Below are positions 38,297 to 48,432 of a DNA stretch of 64,000 nt, one piece after another; position 1 is the first letter of the stretch, and each line of letters begins with the position of its first letter. This DNA is from Gammaproteobacteria bacterium (GTDB lineage: Bacteria; Pseudomonadota; Gammaproteobacteria; Steroidobacterales; Foliamicaceae). The notes under the pieces were generated by a model. It saw nothing but the letters and a program-made list of their open reading frames with translations, was not told where the DNA came from and did no database searches. Both the position numbers and the translations under genes were made by a program. The stretch lies in NCBI GenBank assembly GCA_963665145.1, contig OY762064.1, forward strand, positions 1,410,403-1,474,402. The letters run 5' to 3'.

Positions 38297-39313
38297 ATGC
38301 TGAAGAACTGTCTTGCCGTCCTGCTCCTGATCCCGGCCGCAGCGCAGGCCGCTCCGGAAGCCGACCCGTTCGCACGCGACCTGCTTGTATTGACCGGCTG
38401 GTTCGAAGGTGAGTTCGACAACGAGGAACAGCGCTGGTTCCAGGCGAACCCGCGTTCCAATACGCCCGAGGATGAGCGGCATGTGCGCGTGCACACCACC
38501 CACAAACGGATACAAGCGCCGGAATTCGGCGAGCATGTCTTTTACGTTGAGGAGTACACGGAGGACAACCCCGACCAGGTCTACCGGCAGCGCCTGGTCA
38601 TCTTCTCGTCCGAACCGGAAGATGGCGGGATACGCATGCAGCAGGGCTTCTTCCATAGCCCGGAACGTTTTCTCGGCGCCCGGCACAAGCCGGGATTGTT
38701 CGATGCGCTCGGTCCTTCGGACGTGTTCTTCCTGGACCAGTGCGACGTCTACTGGACGCGGGTTGCGGGCCAGTTCCAGGGCGGCATGCGACCGAAGGCC
38801 TGCGTATTCGGCGAAGGCGCCTTGCGGCGCTACGCGGTGCACGATCTTTATCTCTCGGCCGACAAGTACTGGCGCGTGGACTCCACCTTCCTGGTGGCTG
38901 ACGACACGCTACACATCGGGATGCCCGAGGACCGACCCTTTGAGATGCGGCGCGTGAAGGCGTTCACCTGCAATGTCACATTCGATCCGCGGGGGCCGTC
39001 TCCGCAGGAGAATACGGGGCTGCGTCTGCACAGCCAGGGTGGCTCATTCGATGTAACAAGGGAGCGCGACGGACAGGTATTCACCGTGCTGATGCGCGAC
39101 AAGGAATATCCCTATTACTCCACGCGCCCGGACTTTATCTACTTTTCGATACGCAGAAAGGGAGAACAGGCGTCGGTCGTGTTCACCGTCAACGATCCGG
39201 ACTCGAGATCGCTGGGAGTAAACAACGGGGAACTGCTGGCGTCGTGCTACCGGGACGGTTACGAATTTCGGGAATCCCTGGAGCGGGTGACACGATCCGC
39301 CGGAGGGCCCTGA
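38297..39313 (+). CDS. Secreted CpcT/CpeT (DUF1001, bilin-lyase family) domain protein with extra C-terminal domain
   Basis: 338-aa ORF with a signal peptide (MLKNCLAVLLLIPAAAQA). By-eye alignment to cyanobacterial CpcT: LTGWFEGEFDNEEQ ~ LARWMAADFSNQAQ, HVFYVEEY...VYRQRLVIF ~ FFVEQAY...PYRLRVLKL, LDQCDVYW...FQGG...ACVF ~ LPGCNMIVEW...FKGT...GCIV. GGAG lies 7 nt upstream of the ATG. Confidence 0.75.
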   Translation: MLKNCLAVLLLIPAAAQAAPEADPFARDLLVLTGWFEGEFDNEEQRWFQANPRSNTPEDERHVRVHTTHKRIQAPEFGEHVFYVEEYTEDNPDQVYRQRLVIFSSEPEDGGIRMQQGFFHSPERFLGARHKPGLFDALGPSDVFFLDQCDVYWTRVAGQFQGGMRPKACVFGEGALRRYAVHDLYLSADKYWRVDSTFLVADDTLHIGMPEDRPFEMRRVKAFTCNVTFDPRGPSPQENTGLRLHSQGGSFDVTRERDGQVFTVLMRDKEYPYYSTRPDFIYFSIRRKGEQASVVFTVNDPDSRSLGVNNGELLASCYRDGYEFRESLERVTRSAGGP

Positions 39314-39357
39314 GCAGGACCCGCGGCGTGTGGGCCCGTGCGGCCCAGCAGGACGGA

Positions 39358-41562
39358 TCAGCCGATCTCGGCCGGATCCACGTCAAGCGACCAGGACACG
39401 CGGCGGGTGCGTGGAAAATCACGCACCACGGGGATCCATTGGCCCAGGAATTCCTGAAGGCGGGCGCGGCTTGACGAACGCACCAGCAAATGGGCATGGC
39501 TTCGGTCGCGGCGACGCTCCATGAGCGCCGGGGCGGGTCCGAGCACTTCCACGGAGCGCCGCGCGTCCATCAGTGGGGGTACGGAGGCCTTCGCGCGTCC
39601 AAGGAACTCGTCGGCCGCGGCCGCTTCAGGGGCATTGGCGCGCAGCACCGCCAGGTGCGCGAACGGCGGCCAGCCGCTTTGCCGCCGAATTTCCAGCGCG
39701 GTGTCGGCAAAGCCCGGGTAGCCTTCCTTGAGCAGCTGGCGAAGCAGGGGATGGTCCGGCATACGGGTCTGCAAGAGCAGCAATCCGGGCGCCTGCCGCC
39801 GGCCGGCCCTGCCTGCGACCTGCACCAGCGTTTGCGCCAGCCGTTCCGGCCCGCGGAACTCCTGGGCGAACAGGCCCTGGTCGGAGTCGATCACGCCCAC
39901 CAGTCCGAGGCTGGGGAAATCATGCCCCTTGGTGAGCATCTGGGTGCCGAGCAGAATGCGGTAGCGACGTTCTCGTATGCCGCCCAGGATGTCCTCCAAC
40001 CTGCGACGGCCGCGCACATTGTCGCGGTCCATGCGTGCTACCGGATAGTCGGGGAAACGCTCCCGAAGCTCGTCTTCAAGCCGCTCCGTGCCGCGCCCGA
40101 TCGCGCTGAGCATCGATCCGCATCCCGCGCAGCGCAGCGGCGGGAGGCGACCGGCACCGCAATGATGGCAAAGCAGCAGGTTGCGCTTGCGATAGAAAAC
40201 CAGGCGCGCATCGCAGTGCCCGCACTCCTCGGCCTTGCGGCAGTCGGGACACATCAGAACCGGGGCAAATCCCCTGCGGTTGAGGTACAGAAGCACCTGC
40301 GCGCCGGCGTCGAGTCGCTCGGCCATGGCCCGCACCAGGGGCTGGCTCAGACCGTTCTTCGGCGGGTGCCGGTTCAGGTCCACCAGCCGGGCCACGGGAG
40401 GCCGCGTGCCGGTCACCTTTTTCGCCAGCCGATGCCGTTGGTAGCGCGCCTTGCGGACGTTCAGCAATGACTCCAGCGAGGGCGTCGCCGAGCCCAGAAC
40501 GACCGGAATGTCCGCTTTCAGTGCGCGCATGACCGCCAGGTCGCGCGCCTGGTAACGAAAACCGTCCTGTTGCTTGTAGGAGGGATCGTGCTCCTCGTCC
40601 ACCACGATCAGTCCGAGCCGCGGGGAAGGCGTGAACACCGCCGAACGCGTGCCGATGAGCAATCCGGCCCGGCCCGACCGGGCGTCTGCCCAGGCGCGTA
40701 GGCGCTCGCCTTCATTCAGTCCCGAATGCAGCACGGCCGCAGGTGCGTTGAAGCGCGCCTTGAGGCGTTCCGCAAGCTGTGGCGTAAGGCCGATCTCCGG
40801 CGCCAGGAGCAGGCATTGACGGCCCGACGCCAGCACCTTGTGCACCAGGTGCAGATAAACCTCGGTCTTGCCGCTGGCGGTGACGCCGTCCAGCAGGTGG
40901 CAGGCATAACCCTTGCCGGTGGGCATGGCTTCCACGGCAGCGGCCTGCTCCCCAGACAGCTTCAGCGGGTCATCGCGCAGCAATTCTCCGGGTGCGGGTG
41001 ACGGCGGTTCAAACGACTCGATCAGCTCCTTGTCCCGCAAGCCTCGCAATACCCTGCGCCAATCGGCCGAATGCGAAGCCAACTCCGCTTCGGCCACACC
41101 GCCGTCCCCGGCCGACCGCAACTTCTCGAAGAATTGCCGTTGCCGGGGGGCGCGCGCCAGGGCCGCGGACACCTGCCTGGCCTCGTTCCCCCTCGCCCGC
41201 CAGGAGCGCGGCGCATCGGGCAGGCTTCCGCCGCGACGCAGTTGCTGCGGAAGGGCATAGGCGAGGACCTGTCCGAGCGGGTGACAGTAGTACTCGGAGG
41301 CCCAGTTCAGTAACGCAAACGTCACCGGGTCCCACAGCGGCTGGTCGTCAAACACCGCCAGCACCCGCCGCAGCCGTTCGGCAGGCATGTCCGATTCCGC
41401 CAGGTGCTCAAGCACGATGCCGGTCCGCCGTGCGGGGCCCAGGGGAACCGAAACGCGGGTCCCTGCCTTGGGAACAGGCCCTTCTTCCGGCGGGAGATAG
41501 TCGAGCAACGGGGCTGCGAATCGCGGCCCCACTGCCACTTTCAATACCGGACCGGGCTTCAT
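39358..41562 (-). CDS. priA: Primosomal protein N' (replication restart helicase)
   Basis: 734-aa ORF: GVTASGKTEVY Walker A, VVDEEHD, a Cys-rich zinc region (CPDCRKAEECGHCDARL...CHHCG...CAGCGS), GTQMLTKGHDFP. Confidence 0.95.
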   Translation of the reverse strand: MKPGPVLKVAVGPRFAAPLLDYLPPEEGPVPKAGTRVSVPLGPARRTGIVLEHLAESDMPAERLRRVLAVFDDQPLWDPVTFALLNWASEYYCHPLGQVLAYALPQQLRRGGSLPDAPRSWRARGNEARQVSAALARAPRQRQFFEKLRSAGDGGVAEAELASHSADWRRVLRGLRDKELIESFEPPSPAPGELLRDDPLKLSGEQAAAVEAMPTGKGYACHLLDGVTASGKTEVYLHLVHKVLASGRQCLLLAPEIGLTPQLAERLKARFNAPAAVLHSGLNEGERLRAWADARSGRAGLLIGTRSAVFTPSPRLGLIVVDEEHDPSYKQQDGFRYQARDLAVMRALKADIPVVLGSATPSLESLLNVRKARYQRHRLAKKVTGTRPPVARLVDLNRHPPKNGLSQPLVRAMAERLDAGAQVLLYLNRRGFAPVLMCPDCRKAEECGHCDARLVFYRKRNLLLCHHCGAGRLPPLRCAGCGSMLSAIGRGTERLEDELRERFPDYPVARMDRDNVRGRRRLEDILGGIRERRYRILLGTQMLTKGHDFPSLGLVGVIDSDQGLFAQEFRGPERLAQTLVQVAGRAGRRQAPGLLLLQTRMPDHPLLRQLLKEGYPGFADTALEIRRQSGWPPFAHLAVLRANAPEAAAADEFLGRAKASVPPLMDARRSVEVLGPAPALMERRRDRSHAHLLVRSSSRARLQEFLGQWIPVVRDFPRTRRVSWSLDVDPAEIG

Positions 41563-41604
41563 GTCGGGGCGCTACCCTCCCGGGGCGAGGCAGCCGGATC
41601 CGCC

Positions 41605-42099
41605 CTACTGGACGACGTCCGTGTTCCAGTTCTCGGTCGGCCGCTCTATGACGTTGATCATCATGCCGTCGGGATCACGGCAGGTCATTTCCAATTGCCG
41701 CAGGTCGTGCACCGCCAGCAATTGCGGCTCGCATACGACTTCGCCGCCAAATTTAACGATCCGGTCGCGCACCTGGCGAATGTCGGTGGCGAAAAAAACC
41801 ATGCAGCCTTCGCCCAGGTTGGCGCCCCGGTTCTCCTTGCGGGATGGTGACGGCGCCGGCTTGATCTCGAACAGGCCGACCATGCCGAAGTTGAGCTCGT
41901 CGGCCTTGACGATTTCATAGCGGATCAGGTGGTCGTCCGGTACGCCGACCAGGGCATGACCCACCTTGTGCTCCAGGACGCCGTTGGCGTAGACCTCGCT
42001 GTAGCCGAGGGCCTCCCTGTAGAAACGAACGGAATTTTCCAGGTCGGAAACGAAAATGGCGGTGCGCACAATGCGACTGACCTGTGGACTGTCGTTCAC
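41605..42099 (-). CDS. VOC (glyoxalase-fold) family protein, tandem copy 1
   Basis: ORF 41605..42336 trimmed to GTG 42099 (VNDSPQVSRIVRTAIFVSDLENSVRFYREALGY), with GGGAGG 6 nt upstream. 164 aa. Confidence 0.75.
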   Translation of the reverse strand: MNDSPQVSRIVRTAIFVSDLENSVRFYREALGYSEVYANGVLEHKVGHALVGVPDDHLIRYEIVKADELNFGMVGLFEIKPAPSPSRKENRGANLGEGCMVFFATDIRQVRDRIVKFGGEVVCEPQLLAVHDLRQLEMTCRDPDGMMINVIERPTENWNTDVVQ

Positions 42100-42176
42100 G
42101 TTGAACCTCCCAATTGAAACGACGCGGCAAACCCGCTTGGAAAGGAGGCAGGTTACCGCGAATTTCCCCGGGGGTG

Positions 42177-42701
42177 TTACGAAGCGATCGCGCGCATGAA
42201 GCTCTCGACCGGGCGCTCGATGAGGTTGATCAGCATCCCGTCGGGATCGCGGCAGGTCATTTCCAGGTTTCCGGGACCGGTCATCTGCACGTTCCCGGGG
42301 AGGGTGCCCCGAACGACGAGTCGCTGAGGCTCGCATACGATTTCCCCGCCCAGGTCCACCAGACGGTCCCGCACCGCGCGAATGTCGGTAGTGAGCATGA
42401 CCAGGCAGCCCTCGCCGACGTTTGCGCTCGCCTTCCGGCGGCTTACCGGCGGCGGCGACGGCTTGACCTCGAACATGCCGATCATCCCGAAATTCGGTCC
42501 CTCGGCCTTCACGATTTCATAGCGAATAGCGGAGTCCACCGGCACGCCGAGCAGAGCATGCGCTACCTCATGAGTCAGGTCCCCCGCGCTGTAAACCTCA
42601 TGGTAGCCGAGGCCCTGCTTGTAGAAACGCGAGGACCGGTCGAGGTCGGAAACAAAAAGTGCGGTGCGCACCAGGCGGCTGACTTGCGGTGTGTCGTTCA
42701 C
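42177..42701 (-). CDS. VOC (glyoxalase-fold) family protein, tandem copy 2
   Basis: 174-aa ORF from GTG 42701 (VNDTPQVSRLVRTALFVSDLDRSSRFYKQGLGY), with GGGAGGG upstream. Colinear with copy 1 except for an extra RGTLPGNVQMTGPGN segment. Confidence 0.75.
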   Translation of the reverse strand: MNDTPQVSRLVRTALFVSDLDRSSRFYKQGLGYHEVYSAGDLTHEVAHALLGVPVDSAIRYEIVKAEGPNFGMIGMFEVKPSPPPVSRRKASANVGEGCLVMLTTDIRAVRDRLVDLGGEIVCEPQRLVVRGTLPGNVQMTGPGNLEMTCRDPDGMLINLIERPVESFMRAIAS

Positions 42702-42785
42702 GTAAACCCTCCCGGGTGAATTGAGGATGCAAGGTTAACGCGAATCTACAAGCAAGGGGACGCGGAGGCCGCCCTCGCTCCGAGG

Positions 42786-44168
42786 CTAGATTTCGTGAAC
42801 CGCGCGGATCAGCTCGGCGCACTTGGCCTGGCCGTCGCCATAGAGCATGCGGGTGCGGTCCTCGTAGAACAGGGCGTTCTCGATTCCGGAGAACCCGGTC
42901 CCCTGGCCGCGCTTGATGACGATCGCGTTGTTGGCCTTGTCGGCATCCAGTATCGGCATGCCGTAGATCGGGCTGGCGGTGTCGGTCCGGGCGGCCGTGT
43001 TGACCACGTCGTTGGCGCCGATCACCAGCGCCACGTCGGTCTTGGAAAATTCCGCGTTGATCTCCGCTTCGTCGAAAATCAGGTCGTAGGGCACACCGGC
43101 TTCCGCCAGCAGCACGTTCATGTGGCCCGGCATGCGGCCGGCCACCGGGTGAATCGCGAACTTCACCCGCACGCCCCGCTTCATCAGGACTTCGGCGAGC
43201 TCCCAGACCTTGTGCTGGGCCTGCGCCACCGCCATTCCATAACCCGGGATGATGATGACCTGGCGGGCGAAACCCAGCATGACCGCCGCGTCGATCGCTT
43301 CAACCGGCTTCATCGTGCCTTCGATCTCATCGCCGCCGGCGGCAGTCTCGCCGAAGCCGCTGAACAGCACGTTGGCCAGCGAGCGGTTCATTGCCTTGGC
43401 CATCAATTGCGTGAGCAGCGTTCCGGCCGCGCCGACCACCGTGCCGGCGATGATCATGGCCGCGTTGTCCAGCACCAGCCCTTCCAGGCCCACTGCCAGG
43501 CCGGTCAGCGCGTTGTACAGGGAAATCACGACCGGCATGTCGGCGCCGCCGATCGGCATCGTAAGCGTCAGTCCCAGCAACAGGGCCAGGACAATGAACA
43601 CCGTGAGCCACGGCCCGCTCACTCCCAGGATGAGCAGCACACCGGCGCCGACCGTGGCCAGCAGAATCAGCAGATTGAGCACATTCTGGCCGGCAAAGCG
43701 CAGCGAGCGCTTCAACCAGCCCTCCAGCTTGGCGAACGCGAGCAGACTTCCGGAAAACGACACCGCACCGATCAGCGCGCCGGTGACCGCCAGGGCGATT
43801 ACCGTCCAGGGGAATTCCTCACCGCCGTGGCCGCCACGCAGCAGCTCCACCCAGGCAATTGCCGCCGCTGCGCCGCCGCCCATGCCGTTGAACAGGGCGA
43901 TCATCTGCGGCATGCCGGTCATGGCCACCTTGCGCCCGCGAATCCAGGCCGGTACTCCGCCGACAATAATGGCGGCCCCGATCAGGAGAAGGTTCTCGAT
44001 GTGCATGCCCGGCCAGAAGAAGGTCACGAGCGTGGCCAGCACCATTCCCAGGCCGGCCCAGACGATGCCGCGCCGGGCCCCGGCCGGCGAACTCATCGCC
44101 TTGAGCCCGAGGATGAACAGGACCGCGGCCAGGAAATAGCTGCCGGCAATGAGCGTATTCAGGCTCAC
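42786..44168 (-). CDS. pntB: NAD(P) transhydrogenase subunit beta
   Basis: 460-aa ORF with an N-terminal polytopic membrane domain and a C-terminal NADP(H) domain (IIPGYGMAVAQAQH...GRMPGHMNVLLAEA...GANDVVN). Confidence 0.95.
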   Translation of the reverse strand: MSLNTLIAGSYFLAAVLFILGLKAMSSPAGARRGIVWAGLGMVLATLVTFFWPGMHIENLLLIGAAIIVGGVPAWIRGRKVAMTGMPQMIALFNGMGGGAAAAIAWVELLRGGHGGEEFPWTVIALAVTGALIGAVSFSGSLLAFAKLEGWLKRSLRFAGQNVLNLLILLATVGAGVLLILGVSGPWLTVFIVLALLLGLTLTMPIGGADMPVVISLYNALTGLAVGLEGLVLDNAAMIIAGTVVGAAGTLLTQLMAKAMNRSLANVLFSGFGETAAGGDEIEGTMKPVEAIDAAVMLGFARQVIIIPGYGMAVAQAQHKVWELAEVLMKRGVRVKFAIHPVAGRMPGHMNVLLAEAGVPYDLIFDEAEINAEFSKTDVALVIGANDVVNTAARTDTASPIYGMPILDADKANNAIVIKRGQGTGFSGIENALFYEDRTRMLYGDGQAKCAELIRAVHEI

Positions 44169-44470
44169 TCTTTGTCGTCCTTGTCGCCGTCCTTGCTGCG
44201 CTTGAACATTTCGAGCATGCGCTCGGTGACCACGTAGCCGCCGACCGCGTTAGCCGACGCCAGGGCCACGCCGGCAAAGCCGATCAACTTTTCAAGCGTC
44301 GTTTCCGCAAACCCGAGCGCGACCATGGCGCCCACCAGGACGATGCCGTGGATGAAGTTCGAGCCTGACATCAGCGGCGTATGCAAAATGACCGGCACCC
44401 GAGAGATGACCTCGTAGCCGACGAAGGCCGCCAGCATGAAAATGTAAAGCGCTACGAAACCGTCGATCAT
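44165..44470 (-). CDS. pntAB: NAD(P) transhydrogenase subunit alpha part 2 (membrane)
   Basis: 101-aa hydrophobic ORF (FVGYEVISRVPVILHTPLMSGSNFIHGIVLVGA). 4-nt overlaps on both sides. Confidence 0.9.
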   Translation of the reverse strand: MIDGFVALYIFMLAAFVGYEVISRVPVILHTPLMSGSNFIHGIVLVGAMVALGFAETTLEKLIGFAGVALASANAVGGYVVTERMLEMFKRSKDGDKDDKE

Positions 44471-45594
44471 TGCGTCGATCCTTCCCTTTGCGCTCCCGCA
44501 TAACGGATTTGACCTTCGTGCGTCAGCAGCGTTGCCGCGAACACCGGGTCCTCGAGATCGAGCGAGAACTCATCGCCGTCGATCGCGGGCTTGATGAAAT
44601 TGAACAGGTTGCGCGAGTACATGGCGCTCGCGTGGCGGGCCATCATCGCCGGCAGTTTCAACGGCGCGATGATACGCACGCCATTGTGCTCCACGGTCTC
44701 GCCCGGGCGGCTGAGCTCGCAGTTGCCGCCCCCTTCCGCCGCCAGGTCCACGATCACCGATCCGGGCCGCATGTTCTCCACCGCGGCGGCGCTGACGATG
44801 CGCGGCGACGGCCTGCCGGGCACCGCTGCCGTCGTGATCAGCATGTCGCTCGCGGCAATGTGGCGGTCCAGGGCCTCCTGCTGCATCGCCTTTTCTTCCG
44901 CGGTGAGCTCTCGGGCATACCCCCCTTCGCCGGTTGCGCTTACTCCCGAGTCCACGAAACGAGCGCCGAGCGATTCGACCTGCTCTCGGGTTTCCTCGCG
45001 GACGTCGTAGGCTTCCACTACCGCGCCCAGGCGCCGCGCGGTCGCTATGGCCTGCAGGCCGGCCACGCCGGCGCCCAGCACCAGTGTCTTCGCCGGGCTG
45101 ATAGTGCCGGCCGCAGTCGTCAGCATGGGCAGGAACTTCTGCATCTCGTCCGCCGCCATGACCACGGCCTTGTAGCCGGCCACCGAAGCCTGCGAGGACA
45201 GGACGTCCATCGACTGGGCGCGTGAAATCCGCGGCACCAGTTCCACCGAGAACGCAGTAACGTCCGCATCGCGCAGTGCGTCGGTCGTGTCCGAGGGTGC
45301 GTAGGCGTTCAGCAGGCCAACCACCATGGCGCCCTTCTTCAATTGGGCAATTCGCGAGATTTCCGGTGGGCCCACGCAGAACAGGGCATCGCAGCCGCCG
45401 GCTACCTTGCCGGGAGTGGACTCGATTTCAATGTCCTTGTAGTCGCTGTCGGAGAAGCTGGCCGCAAGTCCCGCGCCCTGCTCCATTACGACGCGCAATC
45501 CGGCCGCATGCATGCGCGCAAGGACCTTGGGCACTATCGCAACGCGCTTTTCTCCAGGCGCAGTCTCGCGCAAGACGCCGATCGTTATGGGCAT
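44467..45594 (-). CDS. pntAA: NAD(P) transhydrogenase subunit alpha part 1
   Basis: ORF 44467..45636 trimmed to ATG 45594 (MPITIGVLRETAPGEKRVAIVPK), 375 aa. Alanine-dehydrogenase-like fold with GAGVAGLQAIATARRLGA. Confidence 0.93.
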   Translation of the reverse strand: MPITIGVLRETAPGEKRVAIVPKVLARMHAAGLRVVMEQGAGLAASFSDSDYKDIEIESTPGKVAGGCDALFCVGPPEISRIAQLKKGAMVVGLLNAYAPSDTTDALRDADVTAFSVELVPRISRAQSMDVLSSQASVAGYKAVVMAADEMQKFLPMLTTAAGTISPAKTLVLGAGVAGLQAIATARRLGAVVEAYDVREETREQVESLGARFVDSGVSATGEGGYARELTAEEKAMQQEALDRHIAASDMLITTAAVPGRPSPRIVSAAAVENMRPGSVIVDLAAEGGGNCELSRPGETVEHNGVRIIAPLKLPAMMARHASAMYSRNLFNFIKPAIDGDEFSLDLEDPVFAATLLTHEGQIRYAGAQREGSTQ

Positions 45595-45693
45595 TGAGAT
45601 TCTTGGCTGGAAAGGCAGCGCGCAGTGACCGCGCAATGGCGCGCATTGTAGCCGAGACTCACCGTGTCTTCAGGCGATTTTCGTCTCCCGACA

Positions 45694-45721
45694 TTGAAAT
45701 TTCGCAATTTCAAGGTATAAG
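45694..45721 (+). promoter_or_regulatory. Candidate sigma70-type promoter (TTGAAA-16 nt-TATAAG) overlapped by a 20-bp palindrome
   Basis: TTGAAATT-tcgc-AATTTCAA (45694-45713) is a perfect 8+8 inverted repeat. Its first hexamer, TTGAAA (45694-45699), sits 16 nt upstream of TATAAG (45716-45721). This is an AT-rich island in GC-rich DNA, 21 nt upstream of the HNH gene ATG. Confidence 0.45.
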
Positions 45722-45741
45722 GCGGGCTCAGGTATCGTGTC

Positions 45742-46359
45742 ATGCTGCTGTTGAGAGACGCCTTGGATCTGCGCCAATGGGTGCTTCGCACCGATGTGGC
45801 GGGCCGGCCGCTGGGCTGGATCGACTATCGCGATGCGGTGCGCCTCTATCACGCGGGCCAGGTAGCCTATCACTGCGGCCGTCCCATGTTCCGCATTCGC
45901 GGCGGCATCTGTGCGCACACCGGACGCCGCAGCCAGGTGGAGGTCAACACCATCGTAGCCACCCAGGGCGTATCGGCGGGGCTGAACAAGCGGCTGGGCA
46001 ATTACACGCCGCCGCTCAATAACCACACGCTGTTCCGCCGCGACGCTCAGATGTGCATGTATTGCGGCGGCCGGTTCCTCAAGCGGGACCTGACCCGCGA
46101 CCACGTCCGGCCGATCAGCCGCGGAGGGCGCGACAACTGGGCGAATGTCGTTGCCGCCTGCAAGCGCTGCAACAATTTCAAGGGTGGGCGCAGGCCGGAG
46201 GACGCCGGCATGGAGCTGCTCGCGGTCCCCTTCGTTCCCACCTACGCGGAATACATCTACCTCAAGGGCCGGCGCGTGCTGGCCGACCAGATGGAGTTCC
46301 TGATCGCCCACTTCCCGCGCGACAGCCGCCTGCAACGCCACATCAACCAGGCTGCCTGA
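45742..46359 (+). CDS. HNH endonuclease family protein
   Basis: 205-aa ORF: [44 protein letters not shown] is an HNH motif with CxxC...CxxC zinc ligands. Confidence 0.85.
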   Translation: MLLLRDALDLRQWVLRTDVAGRPLGWIDYRDAVRLYHAGQVAYHCGRPMFRIRGGICAHTGRRSQVEVNTIVATQGVSAGLNKRLGNYTPPLNNHTLFRRDAQMCMYCGGRFLKRDLTRDHVRPISRGGRDNWANVVAACKRCNNFKGGRRPEDAGMELLAVPFVPTYAEYIYLKGRRVLADQMEFLIAHFPRDSRLQRHINQAA

Positions 46360-46381
46360 AGCGCCCGGCCGGCGGGACGTC

Positions 46382-48331
<1,950 letters not shown>

Positions 48332-48432
48332 CCCTGCGGCTCCCTCAAGCGGGCGCACACCGTGTACTCATGACCATTGCCGCGACTGTCGCGTTACACT
48401 TCCCGGCCCTGGAGGCTTGAGGATGGGACATC

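Noticed and set aside
39331-39347. Short hairpin TGGGCC-cgtgc-GGCCCA between the CpcT-like gene and priA (convergent).
   Set aside because: The stem is only 6 bp with no U-tract. That is too weak to call a terminator.
42795-44237. Long antisense ORFs: 42795..44237, 46385..47593, 28482..29591, 54788..55858, 61015..62199, 59522..60421, 39490..40470.
   Set aside because: All lie opposite strongly supported genes (pntB, acs, mreB, FAD oxidoreductase, methyltransferase, PQQ dehydrogenase, priA). All show the biased composition typical of spurious GC-rich frames.
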